Origin: Malacoraja senta
Lineage: Eukaryota
Assembly (NCBI GenBank): GCA_038087875.1
Contig: JAXLNO010002288.1
Coordinates: forward strand, 24,590-64,000
Length of the DNA: 39,411 bases
Direction of reading: 5' to 3'
Position 1 is the first letter of the stretch; the number at the start of each line of letters is the position of its first letter. Positions 10,961-23,150 of this stretch are shown here, in pieces. The position numbers and the translations under genes are program-made. Below the pieces are notes generated by a model. It was not told the origin of the DNA. It worked only from the letters and a program-made list of their open reading frames with translations, and made no database searches.

Positions 10961-12623
10961 TTATGAGATGGTATCTGCTGTGGATCTGTTGCAACGGGAA
11001 GCAAACTGCAGTAGCCAAGTCAAATTTGAATCCAATCTACCAAGTCACTGTGGCTCCCTTATGCCTTGATCTTCTGGATCAGCCGTCCACAAGGAACCGT
11101 GTCAAATACTGATTCTGTTTGCTATCCAGAAATCTAGCTGGAAATGTGTACTGCCAGACAGTGAGTGAGGATAGGATTGGGCTCATATGCTGCTTGCTCA
11201 TTAATAATGATTTGGGTAGTTTACCAGAAGTATTGCAGTGGTGAGTCAACGTTGATGGCAGTGAATCAAAATGAAATATTTATTAACTTGCGATTTAATG
11301 GTACTCTTCTGTTATCTGCAGTGCATTGGAATTGCCACAGCGCCTGTTTTTCAGAATGCTCCCAGTTCACAGGGTAAATGCCACAATGAGAGGAATGAAT
11401 GGAATAACAAACATTTAGAAAGTCTTAAAACTGTAATCCTCACCTCTTTGGAAAATAAGCCAAAATACGTTTTATATGTTTGGGCTATTGATCTTTAGCC
11501 AATACTGGTATTTAAAATCACTGGAATGAAGTTAAACAGCAGTTTGCATCTAGAATTAAATCCAAATTAAAAAAAATGGCCAATGGCCACCAATTAGTCC
11601 CGCATATTTAAAGATGTCCCAGAATACTCGCCTGGCATCTTATCCATTGCTTTTATGCTAATAATGGTGGGAATTGTCAAGGAGGCTAACTGTGTCCTGA
11701 TAACCGGAGTGGATATTTTGTTGCTCTGCAGCAACTTTTGAGACAAAATAGACCCTCTTGACCCCTCTCCTCTTTCTTTTTCTCCCTTCTCTTGTGCCCT
11801 ACCGAGGTGTGCAACCATTTGTCTCAATATCTCGTTCTCCCTTTCCCTCCTCCTCCCCATCCCAGACCCCTCTCACCTATATCCCTTCCACTGGCTTCAC
11901 ATTTCACTCCTCTCCTCACCGTACACCCTCTTGTCTCCTTTACATCTGTAGCTTTGACCACCCATCCGCCAACCAAACGCCCTCTCATCTGTGTACACCT
12001 ATAACATCAGGCTTTGTCTGAGCCCTCCCTTTTCCCCAGCTTTCTCCCCTCCTCCTATTACAGTCAGTTTGAAGAAGGGTCCGACCCGAAATGTCAGCTG
12101 TCCATGTTCTCCAGAGATGTCGCCTGACCTGCTGAGTTACTCCAGTACTTTGTGTCTTCTTGTAAAACAGAATCTGCAGTTGCTTGTGTTCCATCTTTAC
12201 CATTGTCTGTCTAATAGCAACATTAAATGAATGGTATTCCAGTTAGCTGGCAAACCTGACTTACAGTGCCATCCATAATGTTGTCTAATTTTGTCCAGTA
12301 CACACCAATTCCTCTGCTTTATGTCCTTGATTTCTTCCATCCCTTTGTTTGCAAAGCAATGGATCCACAAGCCAAACCAGCTAGAGAAAGAAAATGAGTT
12401 GGGAGATCAGAGAACTAAGTACGAAAGCCATTTTAGAATACTCTTAATTTCACAACGCACATATTAATTCATGACAGGATTAATGTTTTCCAATTAGTTT
12501 TCAAGAAAAACAACAGTTAACATTTCAGATGTAAGCTCTAACTGGAATTTTATTTGTGCCACGTTCTGATTTGTACGTGGGGTAGTTTTGAGTTTTGTGA
12601 ATTTTACTGTTTCTTCCTTCCAG

Positions 12624-12804
12624 CGACTTGGTTACTCATGTTGTGGCAGAGAATAACACTGGCAATGAGGTTTTGGAATTGCTGGAAAAACAGAATGGAA
12701 TTTGCAGAGCTGGGTTTGATGCAGTCCTGGTGGATATTGCGTGGTTTACAGAGAGCATGGGGGCAGAAAGACCCCTGGAAGTGGAAAATCGCCATCGACT
12801 TCAG
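12624..12804 (+). CDS. POLM: POLM coding exon 2 (BRCT)
   Basis: Acceptor ttcttccttccAG; (S)DLVTHVVAENNTGNEVLE...LVDIAWFTESMGAERPLEVENRHRLQ; donor CAG|GTATTT; 181 nt, phase 2 to 0. Confidence 0.95.
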
Positions 12805-12909
12805 GTATTTAAAAGTGTAAGTATTCATTTTTTGAGATGCAAGGAACTGCAGATGCTGAAAGCTTGAATACAATACAATGTTGGAGTATCTAGGCAGGTC
12901 ATGCAGAAT

Positions 12910-13215
12910 CTTAGTTTAGTTTGGAGAAACAGCGCGGAAACAGGCCCTTTGGGCCGAGTCCGCATCGACCAGCAATCCCCGCACATTAACACTGTCCTAC
13001 ACACATTAGGGACAATTTTACATTCATAACCAACCCAATTAACCTACAAAACTACGTCTTTGGAGTGGAGGAGGAAACCGAAGATCTCGGAGAAAACCCA
13101 CGTGTTCACAGGGAGAACATACAAACCCGGTACAGACAGCAACCGTACAGATCGAACCCGCGTCCCCGGCGCTGGAAGCTCTAGGGCAGGATCTCTACTG
13201 CTGCGCCACCGTGCC
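12910..13215 (-). mobile_element. HE1-like SINE
   Basis: Same head/V-domain/tail as 1460-1781; lies 100 bp downstream of exon 2. Confidence 0.8.
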
Positions 13216-14837
13216 GCATGTGTGGAAGGAACGGATAGGTGACGTTTGGGGTTCGGGCCTAGTTTGTGATATTTTGTCAAATACAACAGGAAGGTTTGAT
13301 TCATGATCAGGTCATTGTTGATATTGATAGCTATAATCGCATAGTTCACCCTCAATATCTGGCTCTGTATCCAAGTTGATCCCATCTGGAAGCAACAGTG
13401 ACTGGAAGGCCATCAATGTAGTGAGAGGTCAAGCAGTCTGTCTGCTGGCCTTTCCTGTGCAGAAGCTGTCCATAACCAAATGTTGCTGACGGACAAACTC
13501 CAGGACCAGGAACACTGGGAGAATGTGACCTGCATGTCAGGATCGAACCCGGGTCTCTGGTGCTGTAAGGCAGTAGCTCTCCCACTGTGCCGCCCTGGGC
13601 TGTACTGCTCTATGTTCTGACAGGGGACTGGTGAGGGAACAGGATGTGGAGGGCAATAGAGATTGGCCTCAGATCCTGTTCATGAGAGGAGGCAATAGGA
13701 ACCAGGAGTCCCATAAGGTTCAATGCTCCTTCATCAGTGATGGATACAGCGGTCGGCAGGGACAGCCTGAATCACGACCAAAGTGTCCTTAATTTCAACT
13801 ATTTTACAACTTTTTGGAAGCTGAGCAGAGTCTGACCTGTCTGTATCAGGAAGTGAGGTCAGCAGCCACTTTAATGTGAGTTTCAGCTTTATACTAAACT
13901 AAACTAATATTTAGCTTGGGCAGCTTACAATCCAGCATTATGAATTTCGCTAACTTCAAGTAACCCTTGCATTCCCTCTCTCTCTCTGTCCCTCCCCCCA
14001 CCCCACAGTTCACTGTCCTGATTAATTTTACTGTTTGTTTGATTCCTTGTAATCCTCCCCACAGCTAACATTGAACCATTCTACATTTCCTTATCATCGT
14101 CCGCTTTGATCTTTCGTTTTCACACCATACCCTTCCATATCTCTACATTCCCTCTAGTAAAGGCCTAGCCTGCCCAACCTCTCCCTATGGCTCAAGCCCT
14201 TAAGTCCTGGTAACATCTTCATGAATCCTCTCTACACTGCAGTTCAGTAACATCCTTCCTATAGCAGGGTGATCAAAACCGAACGCTGTATTGAGTGCGG
14301 GCGGCCTTGCCAACATCCTGCATAAGTCTTTTTGTACATGATAGAATCAAATCTATTCGAGAGTACTTTGCAGGTACTATGGCAACTAAGACACATTTAG
14401 ACAGGTGCAGGGATGGGGCAGGTTGAGAGGTATATGGGCAAAATGCAGGCAGGTTGGACTGGTGTAGATGTGAGATATTGGCTGGTGTGGGCAAGTTGGG
14501 TGGAAGGGCCTGTTTCCACACTGAGACTCTATGACTCTAGTAATATTTCTCCATATATTCCGAATAAGAGAAGTCAATGAAGCTTGATGTTGATAGATGA
14601 GCATTTGAAATACTGAACATATTTTCTAAGGAGTTGCAGTCAATGATTACATCAGTATATTTCCGTGTTGCTTTGCAACAGGGATTTCCCAACATTACAA
14701 TTTAACTTATTTGTTTTTATTCACTCACTGGAAGTGGGCATTGCTGGAGTAGGCAATGTTGAATGCCTGTTCACTGTGTGTTTAAGAGGCCGGACCTTGG
14801 CATTGAATGGCTGCAGTCCCTGTGGCAAAGGTACACT

Positions 14838-15220
14838 GGAATTTAGAAGGATGAGAGGGGATCTTATTGAAACATATAAGATTATTAAGGGTTTGGACAC
14901 GCTAGAGGCAGGAAACATGTTCCCGAAGTTGGGGGAGTCCAGAACCAGGGGCCACAGTTTAAGAATAAGGGGTAAGCCATTTAGAACGGAGATGAAAAAA
15001 CACTTTTTCACACAGAGAGTTGTGAGTCTGTGGAATTCTCTGCCTCAGAGGGCGGTGGAGGCCAGTTCTCTGGATACTTTCAAGAGAGAGCTCGATAGGA
15101 CTCTTGAAGATAGCGGAGTTAGGGGATATGGGGAGAAGGCAGGAACGAGGTACTGATTGTGCATGATCAGCCATGATCACATTGAATGGCCTACTCCTGC
15201 ACCTATTGTCTATTGTCTAT
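14838..15220 (+). mobile_element. CR1/HER1 LINE 3' fragment
   Basis: LEFRRMRGDLIETYKII...GYGEKAGTRY; (CTATTGT)n tail. Confidence 0.85.
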
Positions 15221-16599
15221 CATGCTAATGCTTCACATGGGGAGTGCAGGATTTTGACCTGAAGAAGAGGACAGCTCAGAAACATCCGCGACTGATATAT
15301 CTGAGGATCTGCAGATCTGACAATGCAAGTGTGTTTGCCAAAAAGCACACCGATAGCACAGCCTCCCAGAAATTGTCATCCGTTGTTACAGATCTTTCAG
15401 ACAACCCCAAACAGGAGAGTATGCACCAGCCAGTTAGCCTGTGCTACACAGTGCTGGAATAACTCAGCGGGTAACACAGCATCTCTGGAGAACATGGATC
15501 ACTGATGTTTGGGGTCAGATCCTGAAGGAGTTGACCAGCTCATCCATTCACTTGAGATGAATACAAATCCCAAAACCTCTCAACTTGGGGGTGAAGTTGT
15601 ATTTGGCTCTGGGACTGGATGAGCCCAAACCTGCTGGAAATAAACAATGGTATGTATCTGTTTGGCAACATGTCAGAATCCATGAGGAAGGCCATCATCC
15701 CGCTCGGTTATAAACACAAAGGGAATAAATACATCAGGAATGGGAGAACCATATCCTTAGTGAAGGCAGAACCAAAGTACTCGCTTAACTGTCCTGCCAT
15801 TTCTTTGTTTCCCCATTATAAATTCACCTGTCTCTGACTGTAAGGGACCTACATTTGTTTCACTAATCTTTTCCTTTTTGCATATCTAAAGATTGTGAAT
15901 TTTATCCGGGTGCTTCGGTTTCCGCCCACATTTCAAAGACATATAGGTTTGGTAATATTGTAAATTGTCCCTAGTGTGTGTAGGATGGTGATAGTGTGCG
16001 GGGATCGCTGGTCGGTGCGGACTCAGTGGGCCGTAGGGCCTATTTCCATGCTGTATCTCTAAATTAAACGGTTAAGGTCAAGGATCCAATGGACTGGTAT
16101 ACCTGATTGATCAAGTTCCTTGCTTATTGTTTATATTTGCGCTGGCCAAGCCAAGAAGAATGTATTCCTTCATACACGCGACCGCAATTCTATTGATGTT
16201 GGAAATGTTAAGGGAAATCTGAAGTTAATGTAAAATATCCACCCGTTAACGATTTTTCAACTTTGTTTTGGTTTTCGTTGTATCAAGACACGCCTGACCA
16301 ATGTTTTGAGGCCTGCACAGTGTATGAAAAGTTCAGGTGTGTGGATTCCAGGCAACCAGTGGAATGTAACCACACTTCTATAAGGGCCACCTTCCAGGTC
16401 TGTGTCTAGAAAGCATTGATGCATTTGTAAGCCAGCTCTTGGAAGTTAATATGAGCAATAATACTTCAGAATCAAGCCAAATTAAATCATTGTTTACCAG
16501 TTAATAGATGACAGTCTACCCTCATTCTTACGGACCTCTGTATAACGGATGTTGGTTCCAGCGTACGGAGCATCACCACAGTAATTATCCACCACTGTC

Positions 16600-17200
16600 T
16601 CTTTAAAAACACAGACTGCTTGGTACACTGCTAGAGAGCAGGCCTGAACTACTGTCCATCTCATTTGGAGACCCTCGGACTTGATTGGATTTTACTGACT
16701 TTATCTTGCACTGAACATTATTCCCTTATCATAATAATAATGATAATAATAATAATGGATTGGATTTATATAGCGCCTTTCTAATACCCAAGGCGCTTTA
16801 CATCGCATTATTCATTCACTCCTCAGTCACACTCGGTGGTGGTGAGCTACTTCTGTAGCCACAGCTGCCCTGGGGCAGACTGACGGAAGCGTGGCTGCTA
16901 ATCTGCGCCTACGGCCCCTCCGACCACCACCAATCACTCACACACATTCACACACATTCACACGCAGGCAAAGGTGGGTGAAGTGTCTTGCCCAAGGACA
17001 CAACGACAGTATGCACTCCAAGCGGGATTCGAACCGGCTACCTTCCGGTTGCCAGCCGAACACTTAGCCCATTGCGCCATCTGTCGTCCTGCACACTGTA
17101 AATGGTTGAATTGTAATCATGTAATGTCTCTCCGCTGACTGGTTAGCACACAACAAAAGCTTCTCACTCGGTACAAGTGACAATAAACTAAACTAAACTG
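16600..17200 (+). mobile_element. Non-LTR 3' end (Rex1/Babar-like tail) split by the SINE at 16731-17088
   Basis: Tail ...CGGTACAAGTGACAATAAACTAAACT; the two halves join around TTATCAT/CTGCACACTG. Confidence 0.45.
16731..17088 (-). mobile_element. tRNA-derived SINE with Mermaid/AFC-like core and L2-type tail
   Basis: A box TGGCGCAATGG (17079-17069), perfect B box GGTTCGAATCC (17035-17025), GTGTCCTTGGGCAAGACACTT core, tail GTAAAGCGCC...GGCGCTATATAAATCC + (TTA)n. Confidence 0.8.
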
Positions 17201-17785
17201 TGGGAGGCCATTGAAATTGACAAGCAATTGCTTCGATCGACACTTGTAACAAACAGCATTTAGTCTTTTTAGCTTGCAGGAACAAAAATACATATTTTGT
17301 TTAAAAATAACTTTGTATTTGAAACCAACTCATCGTTTCATGGAGTGACCGTTAGGTGGTTGGAGTGAATCACTTTCTTGGTTTAAAGCAGACAATCGGA
17401 ATTTATTGACACCATTCCCTGCTCTGTGGTTATTCGTACTATCATTCCAATCGTCGATCACCCAAAACCACCCATTTAGACATCGGCCAGCAGATTTTTA
17501 AAGTTGAGTGAACAAATTCCAAAGTACTGAAGAAGAGTCTGACCCAAAATGTCACCTGCCCATATCTTCCAAAGATGCTGCCTGACCCGCTGAGCTACTT
17601 CAGAACTTTGTCTTTGGCTCAAGATTCCAACATCTGCAGTTCCTTGTGTCCCCCAGAGCTCGTAGATACATCTGATGACATTGGTGTTTAAGAAGGAACT
17701 GCAGATGCTGGAAAATCGAAGGTAGACAAAAGTGCTGGAGAAACTCAGCGGGTGCAGCAGCATCTATGGAGCGAAGGAAATAGGC

Positions 17786-17813
17786 AACGTTTCGGGCCGA
17801 AACCCTTCTTCAG
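17786..17813 (-). ncRNA. Minimal hammerhead core (intact, GUU triplet)
   Basis: Reverse strand CUGAAGA-A-GGGU(UUCG)GCCC-GAAAC-GUU. Confidence 0.6.
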
Positions 17814-17849
17814 ACTGACATTGGTTCTTATTTGAGCTGAGAGCCTGCT

Positions 17850-18565
17850 CAATCATCAACAGTCTGTGTTTTTTTGTATTTTATTTAATTTTTAGTGCGT
17901 TTTAAAAGTTTGTGTAAATATTCTCCGGTTTGTTTTATGTAGGGGGAGGGGGTCGGGGGAAAGTTTCTTACCTTGCCGGAGATGTGATTTTTTTTTTCCC
18001 CGGATCGTATCTCTGGCCGATCTGCGGCCTACCATCGATGGAGCTGGAAACCTCCTCGGACTGACTTTGAGCCCCACTGCGGGGTGTGGACCTAACATGG
18101 GAGCCGATCCCTTGCCTGGGATCGTTCCAACCGCGGTCTGCGGACTTTACAACGAGAGCTCGCAATCCCGGGAGAGGCTAGTCGGGAGCTCCAACGACGC
18201 AGAGGCTCGACCAGTCCCAACGTGGGGTTCGATCGCCGGTGCGGGGGAGCTGACATCCCCCCCCCGGTGCAGGAGCTGATCGCCCCGATGAGGAGGGCTC
18301 AAACGCCGCCGGCTATGGGAGTCGAGAACGTCCTGTCAACAGAGGGCTCGAGGCCCCAGACCTCAGGAGAGCAAAGAAGGGAAGAGATTGAACTTTTTTT
18401 TCGCCTTCCATCACAGTGAGGAATGTGGAGGAGTCACTATGGTGGATGTTTATGTTAAAATGTATTTTGTCTGTTCTGTTACTTTTTATTTGTATGGCTG
18501 ACTTGGCAAATGAAATTCCTCGAAAATTGCAAAACATACTTGGCTAATAAAGTCTGATTGTGATT
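17850..18565 (+). mobile_element. Family X element
   Basis: Same body; tail AACATACTTGGCTAATAAAG. Confidence 0.7.
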
Positions 18566-18714
18566 AGAAGAAACTCAGCTGCTCAGGCAGCATCTCTGGA
18601 GAACATTGATAGGTGATCATTGCCTGATTTATTATGCAACTGCCTTGCTTAAGAAAAAGATTAATACATTTACAAAAGTCCACTTTACCGTTTTCAAGCT
18701 AGTCAGTATCTTAA

Positions 18715-19015
18715 TTAGGGGCCACAGTCTTAGAATAAAGGGGAGGCCATTTAAAACTGAGGTGAGAAAAAACCTTTTCACCCAGAGAGTTGTGAATTTG
18801 TGGAATTCCCTGCCACAGAGGACAGTGGAGGCCAAATCACTGGATGGATTTAAGCGAGTTAGATAGAGCTCTAGGGGCTTGTGGAATCAAGGGATATGGG
18901 GAGAAGGCAGGCACGGGTTATTGATTTGGGACGATCGGCCATGATCACAATGAATGGCGGTGCTGGGTCGAAGGGCCGAATGGCCTCCTCCTGCACCTAT
19001 TTTCTATGTTTCTAA
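18715..19015 (+). mobile_element. CR1/HER1 LINE 3' fragment
   Basis: RGHSLRIKGRPFKTEVRKNLFTQRVVNLWNSLP remnant and tail, ending ~115 bp before exon 3. Confidence 0.85.
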
Positions 19016-19129
19016 TGATGACCATGCTTTTCATTAATGATTGGTCTTTTTTTTATTTTCAAGGGGTTTGGGATGTTTTGTTTTGTCAAAGAAATAGTTA
19101 AATGCTTGCTAATTATATTTAATTTTTAG

Positions 19130-19225
19130 GTATCGACAGAAGCTGTTGCAACCAGTGAGGCACCTATTTCATCATATGCCTGTCAAAGAAGGACGACGCT
19201 AAGGAATAAAAACATGTTATTTACG
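19130..19225 (+). CDS. POLM: POLM coding exon 3
   Basis: Acceptor tttttAG; VSTEAVATSEAPISSYACQRRTTLRNKNMLFT (YACQR motif); donor ACG|GTAATG; 96 nt. Absent from the ORF track. Confidence 0.93.
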
Positions 19226-19524
19226 GTAATGATCAACAGACAACACAGCCCATTCTCTCTGATCCTAAACCTTAGGTGGGAATTATTTCAGAGCTTGTTG
19301 GCACTTTTAGAGGAATGCGGGTGCTGCCCACATTCATTACTGGACCTGTTTACAAAATGCATGTAAAATACCTCAGTCATTTGAGAACACAGTTGTGACA
19401 TGACTGAGCTCAGACAGTTCCCTACTCTCTCAATATTCACAGTCAGGATCGTATGTGGAATGGTGGCTGTTGAAACAGATGAAAAAGGAAGAGTACTTAT
19501 GATTCAATATGTATGCGGTGGATA

Positions 19525-19715
19525 GACAAAAATGCTGGAGGAACTCAGCGGGTGCAGCAGCATCTATGGAGCGAAGGAAATAGGCATCGTATTGGGTCAA
19601 AGCCCGAAACGTTGCCTATTTCCTTCTCTCCATAGATGCTGCTGCACCCGCTGAGTTTCTCCAGCATTTTTGTCTACCTTTGATTTTTCAGCATCGGCAG
19701 TTCCTTCTTAAACAC
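19525..19715. repeat. Penelope pLTR-derived fold-back insertion with TSD
   Basis: Inverted arms; ATGTATGCGGTGGATA at 19509-19524 and 19716-19731. Confidence 0.8.
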
Positions 19716-20204
19716 ATGTATGCGGTGGATAACGTGAGCAATTGTTTGAATACCTGAGAATGTTACGTTACAACTCCATGAATCTTGCAAGCCTGGGGCA
19801 TTGGTGTTGGGCTTGCAGATTGACTGGGTTATTGGATTTATTCAAATAATAACCCAACACACTGCTAATTCACGCTTTTAAAAAAATAGTACAATAATAA
19901 ATGTACCAATGACCCAGGGGAGCTTGTGAAACAATGCACTTGTAAATCTCAAGGAACCTTGGGAAACTGAGTCAGGTCAGGAAGGAAGCAGGGCTCTAGG
20001 GGGTGGAAGGGACTGTGGAACGAGGTTCCCAGCAAGAGGAGGGCAGCACAGGAACCAGGGCCACAGTAAGAGGGAATTGAGCAAAGGTCTTCAGTGAGCC
20101 AGACATTAAACCGTTGGGAATTCCACACTGACAGCAGATTACTGGAGTTTCATTGTACTAAAAATTGGCCATGTCAAAATTATACACTGCAATAGACTTC
20201 TCTA

Positions 20205-20550
20205 AATAGAAACATAGAGAATAGGTGCAAGAGTGGGCCATTCGGCCCTTTGAGCAAACACTGCCATTCAATATGATCATGGCTACTCATCCAGAATCAG
20301 TACCTCGTTCCTGCTTTTTCCCCATATCCCTTGATTCCGTTAGCCCTAAGAGCTATATCTAACACTCTCTTGAATACCTCAAGTGAATTATCCTCCACTG
20401 CCTTCTGGCAGAGAATTCCACAGATTCACAACTCTCTGGGTGAAAACGTGTTTCCTCATCTCAGTCCTAAATGGCCTACCCCTTGTTCTTAAACTGTGAC
20501 CCCTTGTTCTGGACTCCCTCAACATCGGGAACATTTTCCCTGCACCTAGA
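20205..20550 (-). mobile_element. CR1/HER1 LINE 3' fragment
   Basis: Reverse complement of same 3' region. Confidence 0.8.
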
Positions 20551-20764
20551 CTGAGATTAATAATAATAATAATAATGGATTTTATTTACGGGCGCCTTAT
20601 ACCGAGGTCTCAAGGACACCATACAGAGATTTATAGAAAACATATAATCAGAATTTAAAAAAAAATAGGTTATAAAGAACAATACATAAATCAGGGACAG
20701 AATTCCTTCCAAAAACACAAAAAAAAAGAAAATCAGAAGCACAATCTTTTGTCTTGATCTTTAG

Positions 20765-20935
20765 GAAGCATTGAAGGTTCTGGCTGAAAGTGCAGAGTTA
20801 AGTGAGAGTGAAGGGCGATACTTGGCATTCTCAAGAGCATCTTCAATTCTAAAGTCTTTGCCGTACACAGTGACCAAAATGGAAGACCTTCAAGGGATTC
20901 CCAGTCTCGGCGTCCATTCCAGAAAGGTGATTAAG
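20765..20935 (+). CDS. POLM: POLM coding exon 4 (8-kDa domain)
   Basis: EALKVLAESAELSESEGRYLAFSRASSILKSLPYTVTKMEDLQGIPSLGVHSRKVIK; SEGR and G-x-HS are Pol mu-type; 171 nt; AG/GT boundaries. Confidence 0.95.
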
Positions 20936-21039
20936 GTAATGGCATGATATGATTCCTCTGGTCTGTCACATTCCTTGGATATCCAGCAGACTAACTGCTA
21001 ATTATATGGACCATTACTTGCATTGCAGTCACTTAAGTG

Positions 21040-21555
21040 GGGTGGAAGATTGCAACCAAAGATCCTATAGCGGAGCAAGATAGACCACTCCTTCTAAATG
21101 CAATGGGCTGACGTGTAGTACGCAACTGAACGGAATGTGGGCCTTTTTTTCATCCATTTCAGTAACCCGACCCGACTCACAGTGTGGGGGAACGTTGCGG
21201 GGGAACAGTTTGTGTTAATAAATTATAATTCTGAAAATGAGGAGAAGGTTTTTACCAAAGAACTTTTATTTTTACGAGGATGTTTCCGTAACCGGCTTCC
21301 GTCTCCGCACTAGTATCTTTGCTCTTCTATGGGATCTTTGGTGCGGAGACGGAGGCTGGTTACGGAAATGGGGCCGAAAATTACCCATGAATCTGCCCAT
21401 GACCATACTACGCCTTTTTCGTCGAGTGATCTATCTTGCTTGCTATAGGATCTTTGATTGCAATGCAATCAACCCGGCGTGCACAATCAAATAACATCAA
21501 ATAGAACAAGTTGTCCTACAACTTTAGGCTGTGCACGCCATACGCAAGAAGAAGA
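21040..21555 (+). mobile_element. Short retroelement 3' piece with (AAG)n tail hosting the MITE
   Basis: 13-bp direct repeat AGTCACTTAAGTG at 21027-21039 and 21556-21568; ends CGCAAGAAGAAGA. Confidence 0.6.
21057..21456. mobile_element. hAT-like MITE
   Basis: ~34-bp TIRs CAAAGATCCTATAGC..AGCAAGATAGA.CACTC; 8-bp TSD ATTGCAAC/ATTGCAAT (21049-21056, 21457-21464). Confidence 0.75.
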
Positions 21556-21698
21556 AGTCACTTAAGTGTTAATGTTGATGCAGAAAAATGAAATTACTTT
21601 CCAGAGGAAAAATTAAGATAAGAAAATGTCAAGATTGAGAGTTGCTGTTCTGGCTATTTGCAAGAAATGAAGAAAAGTTTCCTTTTTCTTTGCTGCAG

Positions 21699-21770
21699 GA
21701 AATCCTTGAAGAAGGAACTTGTAGTGAAGTTGGAAATATACTGCAGAATGAGAGATATCATACTCTAAAG
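21699..21770 (+). CDS. POLM: POLM coding exon 5
   Basis: Acceptor tttgctgcAG; EILEEGTCSEVGNILQNERYHTLK; donor AAG|GTAGGC; 72 nt. Confidence 0.93.
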
Positions 21771-22097
21771 GTAGGCCTGAGTCAGAATAGTGTTTTGCCA
21801 TAAGTATATGGAGAATACACATGGAACAGAAGAGACTGCAGAAGCTGCAATCTTGAACAAAAAACAAAGTGCCGAAGGAACTCGGAGGTCTGGTAGCATT
21901 TATGGAGGGGAATGGTATGGACAGGCGACGTTTCAGGTCGAGGTTGAAGAAGGATCTTGACCAGAAACATCGTCAGTCTATTTCCCTCCACAGATGCTAC
22001 TTGACCCTCTGAGCTCCTCCAGCACTCTATTGTTTGGACGATTCACAGATGGGTTTCAGGACCGAGTCTGGGACATATCAGAAAAAGTAGCTGGTTA

Positions 22098-22385
22098 GAA
22101 TGGCACAGTGGCACAGCCGTTAGAGTCGCTGTCTCACAGCGCCAGCGACCCAGGTTCAATCCTGACCCCTGTTGCTGTCTGTGTGGAGTCTGCACGTTCT
22201 CCCTGTGGCCGTGTGGGTTTCCTCTGGATGCTCCGGTTTCCTCCCACATCCCATAGAGCTTTGGGTTTGTAGGGTAATTGGACTCTGTACATTGTGCCTA
22301 GTGCGTAAGGTGTGTAGAATGGTGTGTGAATGAGCGATCGCTGGTTGGCGTGGACAATGCTATATCTAAACTAGACTAAACTAAT
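22098..22385 (+). mobile_element. HE1-like SINE
   Basis: GGCACAGTGGCACAGC head, GGTTCAATCC B box, V-domain, (TAAAC)n tail. Confidence 0.8.
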
Positions 22386-22828
22386 GGCAACATTAATACA
22401 ATGACTATTTCTAGGATAATTTTTCAGTGGTTAATGTCAATCGCTTTTTGAAAAAAACAACGTTTCGAAGATAGACACAAAATGCTGGAGTAACTCAGCG
22501 GGACAGCCAGCATATCCGGAGAGAAGGAATGGGTGACGTTTCGGGTCGAGACCCTTCCAGGGAGTCTTGGTGTTCTCAAGTAAAGGTTCTGGTCAAAACA
22601 GTAATCCAGCTGCTCATCCAGAAGTTGCTCAGGAGATGACTATAGTATTTTTCACAAAATCCAGTGACTCAGTGGGTCGGGCATCATCTCTGGAGAAAAT
22701 GGATGGGTGACGTTTCGGGTCGGAACCCTTCAGACTGAAGAAGTCTGATTAAGGATCCCGACTCGAAACACCACCTACCCATTTTCTCCAGAGATGATGC
22801 CTGATTTGCTGAGTTACTCCAGCATTTT

Positions 22829-23150
22829 GCTTAGTTTAGTTTAGAGATACAGTGCGGAAACAGGCCCTTCGGCCCACCGAGTCCGCACTGACCAGCGATC
22901 CTTGCACATTAACACTACCCTACGCAGATTGGAGACAATTTTACATTTATACAAGCCAATTAACCTGCAAACCTGTACATCTTTGGAGTGTGGGAGGAAA
23001 CCGAAGCTAATAGACAATAGAATCACCTGGAGAACACACACGCACGTCATGGGGAGAACGTACAAACTCCGTACAGACAGCACCCGTACTCAGGATCGAA
23101 CCCGGGTCTCTGGCTCTGTAAGTCATTAGCTCTACAGCTATGCCCCCGTA
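22829..23150 (-). mobile_element. HE1-like SINE
   Basis: Reverse-strand copy with tail at 22829. Confidence 0.8.

Noticed and set aside
22098-22170. tRNA gene (also 17025-17079 and other SINE heads)
   Set aside because: A/B boxes continue into SINE bodies and tails; no complete cloverleaf.
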